From Candidatus Caldarchaeales archaeon (GTDB lineage Archaea; Thermoproteota; Nitrososphaeria_A; Caldarchaeales; Calditenuaceae): a stretch of 64,000 nucleotides of DNA. This document shows positions 19,771 to 29,656 of this stretch, in pieces; the first letter of the stretch is position 1; each line of letters opens with the position of its first letter. The position numbers were made by a program, and so were the translations under genes. The DNA lies in assembly GCA_039630085.1 (NCBI GenBank), contig JBCNVM010000006.1:17967-81966 (forward strand). The letters run 5' to 3'. The notes beneath the pieces are model-generated. The model made no database searches. It had not been told where the DNA came from and saw only the letters and a program-made list of their open reading frames with translations.

Positions 19771-21145
19771 GGAACCTCTCCCTCACCGCCTCGAACCGCT
19801 CCTCCGCCCTTTTGATCACCGAACCCTCGTCCATCGTCAGGACCCTCCCGTCCATCACGACCGGTTGGCCGTCGACGAAGACGTGGGCGACGTCGCGGCC
19901 CGTCGCGGCGTAGACGAGCAGGGAGACCGGGTCGGTGAACGGAGCCACAGAGGGACTGCCGGTCCTCACCACGACCACGTCGCCCCTCTTCCCCCTCTCC
20001 AGCGTGCCTATCCGCCCCTCGAGGCCCAGGGCCCTCGCTCCTTTGATCGTCGCGATCTCGAGGGCGTCCCAGGCCGTGAAGCGGTCAGGTCCGTAGAGCG
20101 CCTTCTGGAAGAGGGCTGCGACCTTCATCTCCCTCACCATGTCGTAGGAGTCATTGCTCGGTCCCCCGTCGCACCCCAGCGATACGTTGACCCCCCTCTC
20201 CAGCATCCTGACGACCGGGGCTATCCCCGAGCCGAGCTTCGCGTTGGAGGAGGGACAGTGGGCCACCGAGGTCCCGGTCGCGGCGAAAGCATCCATGTCC
20301 TCCTCCGAGAGCCAGACGCAGTGGGCGTAGACCCTCTTCCTCCCCAGCAGCCCGAACCTCCTCAGGAAGGAGGAAGGAGTGAAGCCCCTCGAGGCGAAGT
20401 AGGCCAGGTCCCCCCTCACCTCCGCGAGGTGCATGGTGATGCCCGCGCCCGTCTCCTCCGCCAGCTCCGCGGCCCTCTCGAACATCTCGTCCGACACGGC
20501 TCCCGGAGTCCTGAGCCCGATCCAGAAGTCGATCCTTCCACTGCCCGCGCCGGCCCACTTCCTCCTCGCGTCGAGGAACTGCCTGACGCACTCCTCGCCC
20601 TCCTCGACCATGCCCTCGGGAAGCGCGTCCTTCACCGTCGCGTAGCCCTTCAGGTCCATCACCTTCTTCGAGAGCACGGCCCTTATCCCAGACTTGAGGA
20701 CCGACTCGGCTATCCCGTCGATCCCGTACCTCGCGTGGAGTCCCGCCTCGAGGAAGGTCGTCGTCCCGGTCCTGAGCATCTCGAGGACGCAGAGCTCCGC
20801 GCTGGCCCTCCCGTCCTCGCCGTCGTAGACGCCCTGAAGCCTCCAGACCCAATCCCTCAGCCATGGGATCAGCGTGACCGTGTCGGGGACGAAACCTCGT
20901 ATCAGGGCTTGGGCGAGGTGGACGTGCGTGTCGACCAGTCCGGGGATCGCGACGCCCCGGGACTCGTCTATCACGAGGTCGTCCTTCGACCACCTCCCGA
21001 CGCCGTTGCGCTCGCCGACGTAGGAGATCACCCCGTCCTCGATCAGAACGGCTCCATCCCTGATGACCTCGCCCCTCCTCGCGACCGGGACGACCGCGCC
21101 GCACCTGATCAGGGCCCTCTCGACCCTACCCACGCCCCTCCTCAC
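19754..21145 (-). CDS. amidohydrolase (SsnA/MTA-SAH/8-oxoguanine deaminase-like)
   Basis: PGLVDTHVH, MHLAE, AHC, HCPSSN.KLGSG, GCDG. Confidence 0.88.
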   Translation of the reverse strand: MRRGVGRVERALIRCGAVVPVARRGEVIRDGAVLIEDGVISYVGERNGVGRWSKDDLVIDESRGVAIPGLVDTHVHLAQALIRGFVPDTVTLIPWLRDWVWRLQGVYDGEDGRASAELCVLEMLRTGTTTFLEAGLHARYGIDGIAESVLKSGIRAVLSKKVMDLKGYATVKDALPEGMVEEGEECVRQFLDARRKWAGAGSGRIDFWIGLRTPGAVSDEMFERAAELAEETGAGITMHLAEVRGDLAYFASRGFTPSSFLRRFGLLGRKRVYAHCVWLSEEDMDAFAATGTSVAHCPSSNAKLGSGIAPVVRMLERGVNVSLGCDGGPSNDSYDMVREMKVAALFQKALYGPDRFTAWDALEIATIKGARALGLEGRIGTLERGKRGDVVVVRTGSPSVAPFTDPVSLLVYAATGRDVAHVFVDGQPVVMDGRVLTMDEGSVIKRAEERFEAVRERFLSGRA

Positions 21146-23423
21146 CCGCCCTGAACCTGTCCACGACGCCCGCCTCCTTCAGGAGCCAGTAGACCCTCTC
21201 GGGGGTCATGGGGACCGAAGTCGGCTCGACGCCGCACGCGTCCGCGATCGCGTTGGCTATCGCCGGCGCCACCGAGAGGATACCGACCTCGCCTATGCCC
21301 TTCGCGCCGAAGGGCCCCTCCTCCTCGTAGCTCTCGACGGGTATCACCTCGATTCTCGGCGCGTCCTTCGAGCTCGGTATCAGGTAGGTCGAGAGGTCCC
21401 TCGTCAGCAGGTAGCCGTCGGCGATCCTAGCGTCCTCCATCAGCGCGAACCCCAGGCCCTGGACCACGGCGCCCTCGATCTGGCCGGTGAAGTTGAGCGG
21501 GTTGATCACCCTGCCCGCGTCGACGACCGCGACGACCCTCGGGACCGTCACGGACCCCGTCAGCACGTTCACGATCACCTCCGCGACCGTCACGCCGAAC
21601 ATGAAGAAGAGGTGCGGTATCTCGAGCGTCCCGGGTATCGGCTCGGCCTTGGGGACCTCGTAGGTCCCGACGACCCTCCTGCCCAGCCCCCTCGCCTCCA
21701 GCCTCTCCGCCAGCTCCCCGAGCGGGATCGGCCTCCCCGAGTCTACGACCGCGCCCTCCTCCGTGAACGAGACGCTCGAAGGCCGCCTCCCGGTATCCGC
21801 CTCGAAGAGGTCCTTCACCCTCTCCGCGAGGGCCTCTACCGCCCTCCTCAGCGCGTTCCCGGCCAGGAAGACCTGCCTCGAGGCCGACGTGACGCTGGTG
21901 TCCGGAGACCTCTCCGTGTCCGCGAAGAGCACCTGGACCCTCTCGACTGGGATCCTGAGGAGCTCGGCGGCGAGCTGGGCCACGGACTCCACCACGCCCT
22001 GACCGATCTCCGTGAAGCTCCCGCCCACGACGACCGTTCCGTCGGGGTTGAGCTCGAGCGAGACGCTTCCCCTGTCGGGCAGGGCGCCGATCGTGTATCC
22101 CTTCATCCCGGCCGCGACGCCTATCCCCCTCCTCAGCCACGGGTACTCCAGGTCCGCGGGCCTTCCCCTCTCCCTCCAGAGCGGGTGCTCCCTCGCGGCC
22201 TTCAGGCAGTCGTAGATCCCGACGCTCCCCTCCATCCTGTTCCCGAAGACGTAGAGGTCGCCCTTCCTGACCGCGTTGATCATCCTCAGCTCGATCGGGT
22301 CCATCCCGAGCTTCCTCGCGATCCTGTCTACCTGCCTCTCCATCGCGAAGAGGACCTGCGGAGCTCCGAAGCCCCTGAAGGCAGAGGCGACCATGTTGTT
22401 GGTGTAGACGAGGTACGCGTCAATCCTCGCGCTGGCTATCCTGTACGGGCCGTTGCAGTTCTCGATCGCGACGTCGAGCACCGCAGGGCCCAGGGCCGCG
22501 TAGGCTCCGGTGTCGTAGACTATCTCGACCTCGTTCGCGAGCAGCCGGCCGTCCCTCGAGGCCGCTGTCCTCATCCTGATCACCGCGGGGTGCCTCTTGG
22601 TCCCGGAGACCATCGACTCCTCCCTCGAGAGGACGAGCCTCGCGGGCCTGCCGGTCCTCATCGTCACCAGCGCCAGGTGTATCTGGACAGAGACGTCGTC
22701 CTTCCCGCCGAACGCTCCTCCCACGTAGGGCGTGATCACCCGTATCCTCTCCGGAGGGAGGTCGAGGGCGTGGGCGATCTCGGCCCTGTCCCTGTGAGGC
22801 GACTGTCCTCCCGCCACCACGACTATCCTCCCCTGCTCGTCGAGGTAGGAGACCCCGGCCTCGGTCTCGAGGAACGCGTGGATCTGGGTGCCTGTGGTGT
22901 AGGTCCCCTCGACCACCACGTCGGCCGCCGCGAAGGCCGCCTCCACGTCCCCGAACCTGAGGCTGGTCTTCCTGCAGACGTTCCCGCCGTCGTGGACCTT
23001 CGGCGAGTCGGGCATCATCGCCCTGACGGGGTCCGTCACCGGAGGCAGGGGCTCATACTCGACCTCGATCAGCTTGACGGCCTCCGTCGCCGCCTCCCTC
23101 GTCTCAGCGGCCACCAGCGCGACCGGGTCGCCGACGTACCTGACCTTGTCGTCGCAGAGGACCGGCCTGTCCTTCACGAATACGCCGAACCTGTTGACCG
23201 GGACGTCCTCGTGCGTGAGGACCGCCACTACTCCGGGATGGGACCTGGCCCTCGACGCGTCGATCCGCTTGATCAGCGCGTGCGGGTACCTGCTCCTCAG
23301 GACGGAGACCCAGAGGAATCGGTCGGGGAAGAGGTCGGAGGCGTACTTCGCCGAGCCGGTCGCCTTCTCGAGCGCGTCCCTCCTCACCACGGGGGCGCCC
23401 ACGTAGGTCGTCCGTGAGGTCAG
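21126..23423 (-). CDS. xanthine dehydrogenase-family molybdopterin-binding subunit; probable CTG start
   Basis: HAFLET, GGAFGGK, AFRGFG, EIGQG, SASR, GQIEG, AKGIGE; CTG overlaps the upstream TGA and follows GGAGGT. Confidence 0.9.
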   Translation of the reverse strand: MTSRTTYVGAPVVRRDALEKATGSAKYASDLFPDRFLWVSVLRSRYPHALIKRIDASRARSHPGVVAVLTHEDVPVNRFGVFVKDRPVLCDDKVRYVGDPVALVAAETREAATEAVKLIEVEYEPLPPVTDPVRAMMPDSPKVHDGGNVCRKTSLRFGDVEAAFAAADVVVEGTYTTGTQIHAFLETEAGVSYLDEQGRIVVVAGGQSPHRDRAEIAHALDLPPERIRVITPYVGGAFGGKDDVSVQIHLALVTMRTGRPARLVLSREESMVSGTKRHPAVIRMRTAASRDGRLLANEVEIVYDTGAYAALGPAVLDVAIENCNGPYRIASARIDAYLVYTNNMVASAFRGFGAPQVLFAMERQVDRIARKLGMDPIELRMINAVRKGDLYVFGNRMEGSVGIYDCLKAAREHPLWRERGRPADLEYPWLRRGIGVAAGMKGYTIGALPDRGSVSLELNPDGTVVVGGSFTEIGQGVVESVAQLAAELLRIPVERVQVLFADTERSPDTSVTSASRQVFLAGNALRRAVEALAERVKDLFEADTGRRPSSVSFTEEGAVVDSGRPIPLGELAERLEARGLGRRVVGTYEVPKAEPIPGTLEIPHLFFMFGVTVAEVIVNVLTGSVTVPRVVAVVDAGRVINPLNFTGQIEGAVVQGLGFALMEDARIADGYLLTRDLSTYLIPSSKDAPRIEVIPVESYEEEGPFGAKGIGEVGILSVAPAIANAIADACGVEPTSVPMTPERVYWLLKEAGVVDRFRAGEEGRG

Positions 23424-24304
23424 ATGACACCGACCTCCCTCGCGATCCTCCAGAGGGTCATGAAGACGTAGTTGACCGAGAGCTCCCTGCGGTACGCCGC
23501 GGAGCCCCTTACGTCGTCGATCGGCGAGATGGACCTCAGGACCGCCCGGGTTGCGTCCCACATCGCGTCCTCCCTGAGCCTCCTCCCCTTCAGGGCCATC
23601 TCGGCCTCTCGGGCCCTCACGACCGTCGGCGCGACCGCTCCCAGCGCTATCGCGGCGCCCCTCACGAGGTCCCCCTCGAGGTCAAGGAGGACCGCGCCGT
23701 TGACGACCGATATCGCGTCGCCCTGCCTGAGGCCGTGCTTGAAGAAGTGGCCGACCTCGCTCCCCTTCGCCGACCTGACCCGGACCTCCGCGAGCAGCTC
23801 GTCGGGCCCCATGTCCAGCTTCTTGTAGCCCCTGTAGAACTCCTCGATCCCAACTATCCTAGATCTCCGAAGGCTGAGAAGCTTCAGCTCCGCGTCGAGG
23901 ACGTAGAGCGCGGGGAGCGAGTCCGCCGCAGGGGAGGCGTTGACGACGTTGCCGCCTATCGTCCCCTTGTTCATGATCTGGACAGAGCCGACCGTCTCCG
24001 CGGCCTCCGCGAGGACCGGCGCGTGCCTCCTGATCACTTCGGAGGAGGCGATCTCCGAGAAAGTCGTGAGCGCGCCTATCGCGATCCTCCCGTCCTCGTG
24101 CCTGACGTACCTCAGCTCCCTGAGCCCCGAGACGTCGAGAAGGTCGGCCTTCGGCAAGGCCCCGGACCTCATCTGGACCAGCAGGTCGGTCCCTCCTGCG
24201 AGCACCCTGATCCCCTTCCTTTCCGCGAGCACCCTGAGGGCCTCGTCCAGGTCCCTGGGGACAACGACGTCGACGTCGTGGAGGAGGACCTCCAACTCAG
24301 GCAC
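23420..24304 (-). CDS. xanthine dehydrogenase-family FAD-binding subunit
   Basis: AGGTDL, TIGGN..NASPAAD, DDVRGSAAYR. Confidence 0.92.
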   Translation of the reverse strand: MPELEVLLHDVDVVVPRDLDEALRVLAERKGIRVLAGGTDLLVQMRSGALPKADLLDVSGLRELRYVRHEDGRIAIGALTTFSEIASSEVIRRHAPVLAEAAETVGSVQIMNKGTIGGNVVNASPAADSLPALYVLDAELKLLSLRRSRIVGIEEFYRGYKKLDMGPDELLAEVRVRSAKGSEVGHFFKHGLRQGDAISVVNGAVLLDLEGDLVRGAAIALGAVAPTVVRAREAEMALKGRRLREDAMWDATRAVLRSISPIDDVRGSAAYRRELSVNYVFMTLWRIAREVGVI

Positions 24305-24761
24305 CCGCCGCCCTCAGGACCGCGGCCACGACCTTCGCGTACCCGGTGCATCTGCAGAGGTTCCCCCTTATCGCTTCCCTCACCTCCTCCTCCGTCGGCC
24401 TGGGGTTCCTCGAGAGGAGCGCGTAGGAGGTCACGATCAGGCCCGGAGTGCAGTGGCCGCACTGTATCGCGCCCGACTCGACGAACGCCCTCACCAGCGG
24501 GTGCGCAGGGTCGATCCCCTCGATCGTCGTGACGTTCTTCCCCTCGACCTGGGTCATCGTGGTCAGGCACGCGTGGACTGGCTCCCCGTCGACGAGGACG
24601 GTGCACTCGCCGCAGTCCCCCCTAGCACAGCCCTCCTTCACCCCGGTCATCCTGAGCTCGTACCTCAGGACCTCGAGGAGCGAGTACGCGGGCGGAGCCC
24701 TGACCTTCACGGGCCTCCCGTTCAGAACGAAGCTGAACTCCCTCTCGACCCTACGTGTCAT
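24297..24761 (-). CDS. xanthine dehydrogenase-family 2Fe-2S subunit
   Basis: GCARGDCGEC, AC, QCGHCTPG, NLCRCTGY. Confidence 0.93.
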   Translation of the reverse strand: MTRRVEREFSFVLNGRPVKVRAPPAYSLLEVLRYELRMTGVKEGCARGDCGECTVLVDGEPVHACLTTMTQVEGKNVTTIEGIDPAHPLVRAFVESGAIQCGHCTPGLIVTSYALLSRNPRPTEEEVREAIRGNLCRCTGYAKVVAAVLRAAGA

Positions 24762-24857
24762 CCGTGACTCTCTAAACCCCCGGCTGAAGATAAAAACGTG
24801 AACCGTCACTCCGGGACGCGACAGACATATCAGACGCCGGGCCTCCGTAGGTGCGAG

Positions 24858-25154
24858 ATGCTGGTCTACAGGGGGAGCAAGGAGGCGGTCGCGAAGGCCG
24901 TCGAGCGAATTCTCTCGGACGAGATGGGCTCGAGGGCGAACGTCATCGTGAGGGACGCGGCGCAGCTGACCGGAGGCCAGGGCCAGTACGTCAGGGTGCT
25001 AGGGACGGAGGAGCAGGAGGCAAGGATCAGGGAGCTGGTCGGCTCCGAGCTCGAGGAGGTCAAGGGCGAAGAGCTTGAACGCGTCGTGAACGCGCTCCAA
25101 GAGGAGGACGAGAGGGCGCTCTCCGGGATGGGGATGATCTTCGGCGGCGAGTAG
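24858..25154 (+). CDS. conserved hypothetical protein
   Basis: Host-like codon usage, RBS aggtg, C-terminal GMGMIFG. Confidence 0.65.
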   Translation: MLVYRGSKEAVAKAVERILSDEMGSRANVIVRDAAQLTGGQGQYVRVLGTEEQEARIRELVGSELEEVKGEELERVVNALQEEDERALSGMGMIFGGE

Positions 25155-25311
25155 GATCAGGTGCGACGCCGTGCCGCGCGCACGCGACCACATCCAGCTA
25201 AATGTATCACGGTATTCGTTGCGAACGTGACAAATGTCTATTGGGGCCGCTCGTGACAATAGTTCTCCGACTCCGGACGCGCAGGTCACCCGATTAGCCG
25301 TAACTCGCGGC

Positions 25312-26334
25312 TCAGGCGGTCAGCCAGCTCGACATGCTCTCGGTCGACCTGACCAACCTAGCGCCCTCTGAGGCGAACTTCCTGTAGTAGAGCTCAGCGG
25401 ACTCGGTGTAGTCCACGACGCCCTTCACCACGACCGGAGAGGAACAGTCGTCAAGCAGGTGTATCCTCTTGACCAAGGCCGGGTCCCTCTCCTTGAACGC
25501 GCCGATCAGGTCCTCGACGGTCCACGCGACGCAGTGGCTCTTCGCCTGGCCTGCGACCAGAATCACGTCGTATCTGCTCAGCTCGTCCACAAGCTCCACG
25601 TCCAGAGCTCCGAGCATCTCGCCGTCGGGGCCGGTCTTGACCTCCGGCTGCAGCGCTGAGTAGTGCTCGGTGAACGGGTTCGTCCCCTTGATCCTGACGA
25701 AGGGCTGCGAGCCCCTCGCTATTGAGTGGAAGAAGACCGCCTCCTCCACCGCCGAGACGATCGCGTGGCCTATCCCTCCTAGCATCGCGTGGAACGGCCA
25801 TATCGTAAGCTCGTACTTCCCGGACCTCTCCAGCGACTCTACGTAGTGGAGCAGGTGCCTCTGGCCCCACTCCCTCGAGACCCCCAGCGCGTTGCAGGCC
25901 TCCGGGTCCACGGACCACCTCCCGCGCCTCACGTCCTCGACAGAGACCCTCGCGTAAGGCTCCGGGTGGTTCCCGTCCCTGTCGACGAGGAATGTCTCGT
26001 GGAAGATCTGATAGGCCTGGTGGGTGTCCATCGTCAGGTAGATCCTAGTTACGTTCTCGAGGTTCCTGTAGACGAACTGGCAGAGCCTGACGTTGTCTTC
26101 TACCGCTCCTAGCCCCGACCTCCCGGCCACGAAGAGCTCGAAGCCCGGCACGCAGAATGTGTTCTGGACGTCGATCAGGAGCAGCGCGACCCTCCGGTCG
26201 TCCCTTGACGCAGGCCTGACCCCGTACGTCCTCGCCCACCTCCTCGCGTCTCTAGCCCTCTCCGCGTAGTCGACCCTCCAGACGTCGCCCACCAGCTCCG
26301 GCCTGAAGTGGGGAGGAATGGGGAGCTCCCTCAT
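25312..26334 (-). CDS. isochorismatase/nicotinamidase-like cysteine hydrolase
   Basis: IDVQNTF (Asp), DTH, WPFH, KGTN (Lys), AKSHCV (Cys); divergent from pncB. Confidence 0.8.
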   Translation of the reverse strand: MRELPIPPHFRPELVGDVWRVDYAERARDARRWARTYGVRPASRDDRRVALLLIDVQNTFCVPGFELFVAGRSGLGAVEDNVRLCQFVYRNLENVTRIYLTMDTHQAYQIFHETFLVDRDGNHPEPYARVSVEDVRRGRWSVDPEACNALGVSREWGQRHLLHYVESLERSGKYELTIWPFHAMLGGIGHAIVSAVEEAVFFHSIARGSQPFVRIKGTNPFTEHYSALQPEVKTGPDGEMLGALDVELVDELSRYDVILVAGQAKSHCVAWTVEDLIGAFKERDPALVKRIHLLDDCSSPVVVKGVVDYTESAELYYRKFASEGARLVRSTESMSSWLTA

Positions 26335-26456
26335 CGGGCGTTCCTGGTCGAGCCTGAAGATCAGCCTTCCCGACGCGGTAATGCGTTCGCGCTCGAGGGC
26401 CGTTGCCTAGAAATTACACGTTAAAAAGACTCGTCCTCTACTGGGGTGGAACCGGG

Positions 26457-27668
26457 ATGAGCCTCAGGCCGAGGATTTACTACGCCGACGAGAGGGCCAT
26501 CCTCGAGGGTCGGGTGACCGACGTCTACTTCCTCAGGACCGAGGAGATCGTCAGGAGGAGCGGGCTCGGGGAGAGGAGGGTCTGCGCGGACGTCCACAGC
26601 TACAGCTTGCCCGAGGGCTACTCCTGGGCGGTCTTCGCGGGGCTCGAGGAGGCCCTCAGGCTCCTGGAGGGCAGGAGGGTGAACGTCTACGCGATGGAGG
26701 AGGGCGAGGTCTTCAGGCCCTTGGAGCCCGTGGCGGAGATCGAGGGGCCCTACGCGGAGTTCGGCGTCCTCGAGTCCTCGATCCTCGGGGTCCTCAGGCA
26801 CGAGTCGAGCGTCGCCACGAAGGCCGCGAGGGTGAGGCTCGCCACCTGGGGGAAGCTGCTGGTCTTCTTCGGGATAAGGTGCGTCCACCCGGCCGTGGCC
26901 CCCGCTGTCGACAGGGCCGCGTTCATAGGGGGCTGCGACGCGGTCTCGGGCGTCCTCGGGGCCGAGATGCTCGGCGAGAGGCCCGTCGGTACGATGCCCC
27001 ACGCCCTAATCATCCTCTTCGGCGACCAAGAGAAAGCATGGAGGGCCTTCGACGAGGTCATGCCTCCCGAGGTCCCCAGGATTGCGCTCTGCGACACCTT
27101 CGACGACGAGCGCGTCGAGTCCCTGAAGGCCGCGAGGGCGCTGGGCGAGAGGCTCCATGCGGTGAGGCTCGACACGCCGAGCTCGAGGAGGGGCAACATG
27201 AGGGCGATCGTCGAGGAGGTCAGGTGGACGCTGAAGGTGAACGGTTACGACTGGGTCAAGGTCTTCGTCAGCGGCGGCATCGACGAGGAGGAGGCGAGGG
27301 AGCTGGCCGACGTCGCGGACGGGTTCGGCGTCGGAACTTCGATCGCATTCCCGCCGTCGGTCGATCTTGCGATGGACATCGTCGAGGTGGACGGTTCGCC
27401 GCTCTCGAAGAGGGGGAAGTTCCCGGGGAGGAAGCAGGTCTACAGGTGCGAGAGGTTCCACGACACGCTCGTCCCGCGGAACAAGGAGCTGGAGAGGTGC
27501 CCGACGTGCGGCGGCGACGTGAGACCGCTGCTGAGGCCCGTGATGCTCGACGGAGAGCTCATCGAGCCGATCGAATCGCCGAGGGAGATCAGGGAGCGGG
27601 TGATCAAGAGGCTCGGCGCGATCAGGGAGATGGACGGTCAACTGCCGCCGGTCAAAGTGCTCGCGTAG
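26457..27668 (+). CDS. pncB: nicotinate phosphoribosyltransferase
   Basis: TDVYF, FGIR..HP, GTMPH, VRLDTP, SGG, GVGT. Confidence 0.9.
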   Translation: MSLRPRIYYADERAILEGRVTDVYFLRTEEIVRRSGLGERRVCADVHSYSLPEGYSWAVFAGLEEALRLLEGRRVNVYAMEEGEVFRPLEPVAEIEGPYAEFGVLESSILGVLRHESSVATKAARVRLATWGKLLVFFGIRCVHPAVAPAVDRAAFIGGCDAVSGVLGAEMLGERPVGTMPHALIILFGDQEKAWRAFDEVMPPEVPRIALCDTFDDERVESLKAARALGERLHAVRLDTPSSRRGNMRAIVEEVRWTLKVNGYDWVKVFVSGGIDEEEARELADVADGFGVGTSIAFPPSVDLAMDIVEVDGSPLSKRGKFPGRKQVYRCERFHDTLVPRNKELERCPTCGGDVRPLLRPVMLDGELIEPIESPREIRERVIKRLGAIREMDGQLPPVKVLA

Positions 27669-27760
27669 ACCGATTCTCGCCCCGGGAGCCTTCAAGCCGT
27701 TGGCATCGGGGCGGAGCCGCCACACAACTTTCTAATAACGGACGCTCGCTAAAGTCCCCC

Positions 27761-28261
27761 GTGCCGGAGGAAGGGGACCGAGTCAAAGTCACGATCGAGT
27801 ACCGTGGACTTCACACGTCGTTCGAGGGAGACCCCGAGGGAGTCGTCAGGGCGGTGAACGCGTTTTTCGAGAGGGTCCTGCCCTCCTACTCGCTGGCGAG
27901 GAGGCTCAACGTCGATGTCTCCGCGGAGGAGGTGATCAGGGCCCTCGAGGGCTACATCGTCTACGACAGGACGGTCGGCATCGTCCACAAGCCGACCATT
28001 CACGGCTTCCCGGCTGCCGACCAGATCCTCTCAGTCCTCGCGGCGAGGTGGCTCGAGCACGTCCTCGGGATGAGGGAAAAGCCCGCCGTTCCCCTGAAGG
28101 CGATCTCCGAGGCCTTGGGCCTGAAGAGGGGGACGCTGACCGCGGCGCTCTCCGAGCTGAGGAGGTCGGGCTGCTTGAGGAGCGTCGAGCGGGGCGATTA
28201 CGAGATCACTATGGTGGGGCTTCAGACTCTGGTCGAGAGGCTTGCCGAGAGGTCGAGGTAG
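27761..28261 (+). CDS. hypothetical protein with C-terminal winged HTH
   Basis: GTG start; LKAISEALGLKRGTLTAALSEL...GDYEIT; this is the real part of the 26879 ORF. Confidence 0.68.
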   Translation: MPEEGDRVKVTIEYRGLHTSFEGDPEGVVRAVNAFFERVLPSYSLARRLNVDVSAEEVIRALEGYIVYDRTVGIVHKPTIHGFPAADQILSVLAARWLEHVLGMREKPAVPLKAISEALGLKRGTLTAALSELRRSGCLRSVERGDYEITMVGLQTLVERLAERSR

Positions 28262-28688
28262 TGAAGTCCGCGGGCTGACCCCTCGAGGGCGCGAAGTAAA
28301 CGTACCTCCTCGGCGCGCCGCCCCTCGCCAGCCTCTCCTCTCTGACTAGGTCCAGAAGCACGTGCCCGACCGCGGTCGAGTCGAACCCGTAACCCCTCCT
28401 CGCGACCTCCCTCGTCACGTCGGAGAGCGTCCTCGGCTCCGAGAAGAAGCCCTCCGCCAACAGCTTCTCGACGACCTGCCTGCAGGTAATGGGCCTCGGC
28501 CGCTCCTGCTCCCTCTCCGCCCGCTCCGCCGCTCCCGCCCCGCCCAGCGCCTCGACGACCCTCCTCACGCCCTCCTCGATCTGATCAAGCCCAGCCTCGA
28601 TCTCGACCTCGAAGGCGCCGACCTTCAGCCTGACCTTGACCTTTTCAGTTGACTTTTCCTGAGACAAGCGCCACACCTTGGGGAACAT
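28209..28688 (-). CDS. hypothetical winged-HTH protein
   Basis: EGFFSEPRTLSDV...LLDLVREERLAR.G....YVY. Confidence 0.68.
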   Translation of the reverse strand: MFPKVWRLSQEKSTEKVKVRLKVGAFEVEIEAGLDQIEEGVRRVVEALGGAGAAERAEREQERPRPITCRQVVEKLLAEGFFSEPRTLSDVTREVARRGYGFDSTAVGHVLLDLVREERLARGGAPRRYVYFAPSRGQPADFTTSTSRQASRPESEAPP

Positions 28689-28792
28689 TTAATAATAAGC
28701 GATCTTGAATCAATTGATGGGTCATGAAAGTCATGAACGGTTTGATGAGCATCATGGACTGCATCAGGCTTCAAGGTGCTACGCCGATATTT

Positions 28793-29656
28793 ATGAGTGT
28801 AGTCAGCGAGTGCTTAAGCTCGTTCCGGTGGAGGGAGAGGCGCCCGCGCAGCACGCCAATCGTCCTGGGAATCGAGGGGCTGCTCGACGGTTCCTGCAGG
28901 ATTCCCGACCTGAGCGATTGCGAGGCCTACGAGCTGGAGCGGGGCTCGCGGAGAAGCCTGGCCGCGGTCGACGCCTCGGTCGAGGCCATCGGGCTCTGGG
29001 ACGGAGGGCTGCTGGTCTCGCTGAAGGGCGCGGTGGTCCAGAGGTCTCCCACCGGTGTCAGAGTGACGGTCCTCGGCCCGGTCCCGAAGTACGCTCCGCT
29101 GGAGGCGACGGACGAGCCCCTCGGCGACTCGGTCCTCCTCCTCGAGCTCAGGTGGTTCGAGCGTCACCTCCAGGCCTTCGCGGCGTTACAGGAGGACGCG
29201 GAGCTGCTGCTGTTCGATTCGCCGCTCTCCAGAGTCGAGAGGAACGTCCTCGAGCTCTCACGGGGCAGGAACGTAATCGGCGTCGTGAAATCGAGCCCGC
29301 TGGCCCTGAGCCCGGGGCCCCTTGAACGCTCACCGATCAACGGGATCGGCGCCGCCGTGCTCGTCAGGAAGGAGGGGTTCGCGGTCACGGTCTCGAAGCT
29401 CTCGCCCGACGGACTGCCCTTGAGGATCGACGTCTGGCCCTCGGAGGGGTGGAGGGAGGCCCTGGAGGACGTCATCGCGAGCGACGGCGTCGTCCACGGG
29501 TATCCCGAGTCCTTGGCGCTAGCACACGCGTACTCCAGGCAGACTTGGCCCGAGGTCCTCGCGCTGAGGTCGCTGCTGACGAGGGAGCTCGGCGTGAAGT
29601 GCGTCGAGGCCCCGGACGTGAGGGCGACGGTCCTCTCACCGTTCGATGGGAGATGA
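28793..29656 (+). CDS. NurA-like nuclease (divergent)
   Basis: AAVDAS, LLFDSPL, GVVKSS, GYPESLALAH; coupled to a HerA-like gene; start uncertain (28724 or 28793). Confidence 0.68.
   Translation: MSVVSECLSSFRWRERRPRSTPIVLGIEGLLDGSCRIPDLSDCEAYELERGSRRSLAAVDASVEAIGLWDGGLLVSLKGAVVQRSPTGVRVTVLGPVPKYAPLEATDEPLGDSVLLLELRWFERHLQAFAALQEDAELLLFDSPLSRVERNVLELSRGRNVIGVVKSSPLALSPGPLERSPINGIGAAVLVRKEGFAVTVSKLSPDGLPLRIDVWPSEGWREALEDVIASDGVVHGYPESLALAHAYSRQTWPEVLALRSLLTRELGVKCVEAPDVRATVLSPFDGR

Noticed and set aside
21063-23417. Long antisense ORFs (e.g. 784 aa here, 753 aa at 42593-44854, 655 aa at 34298-36265)
   Set aside because: Shadows of real genes caused by high GC3 codon bias; low-complexity R/P/G/D/V translations with no motifs
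26879-27760. 460-aa ORF upstream extension
   Set aside because: Overlaps pncB in another frame; only the part from 27761 looks coding
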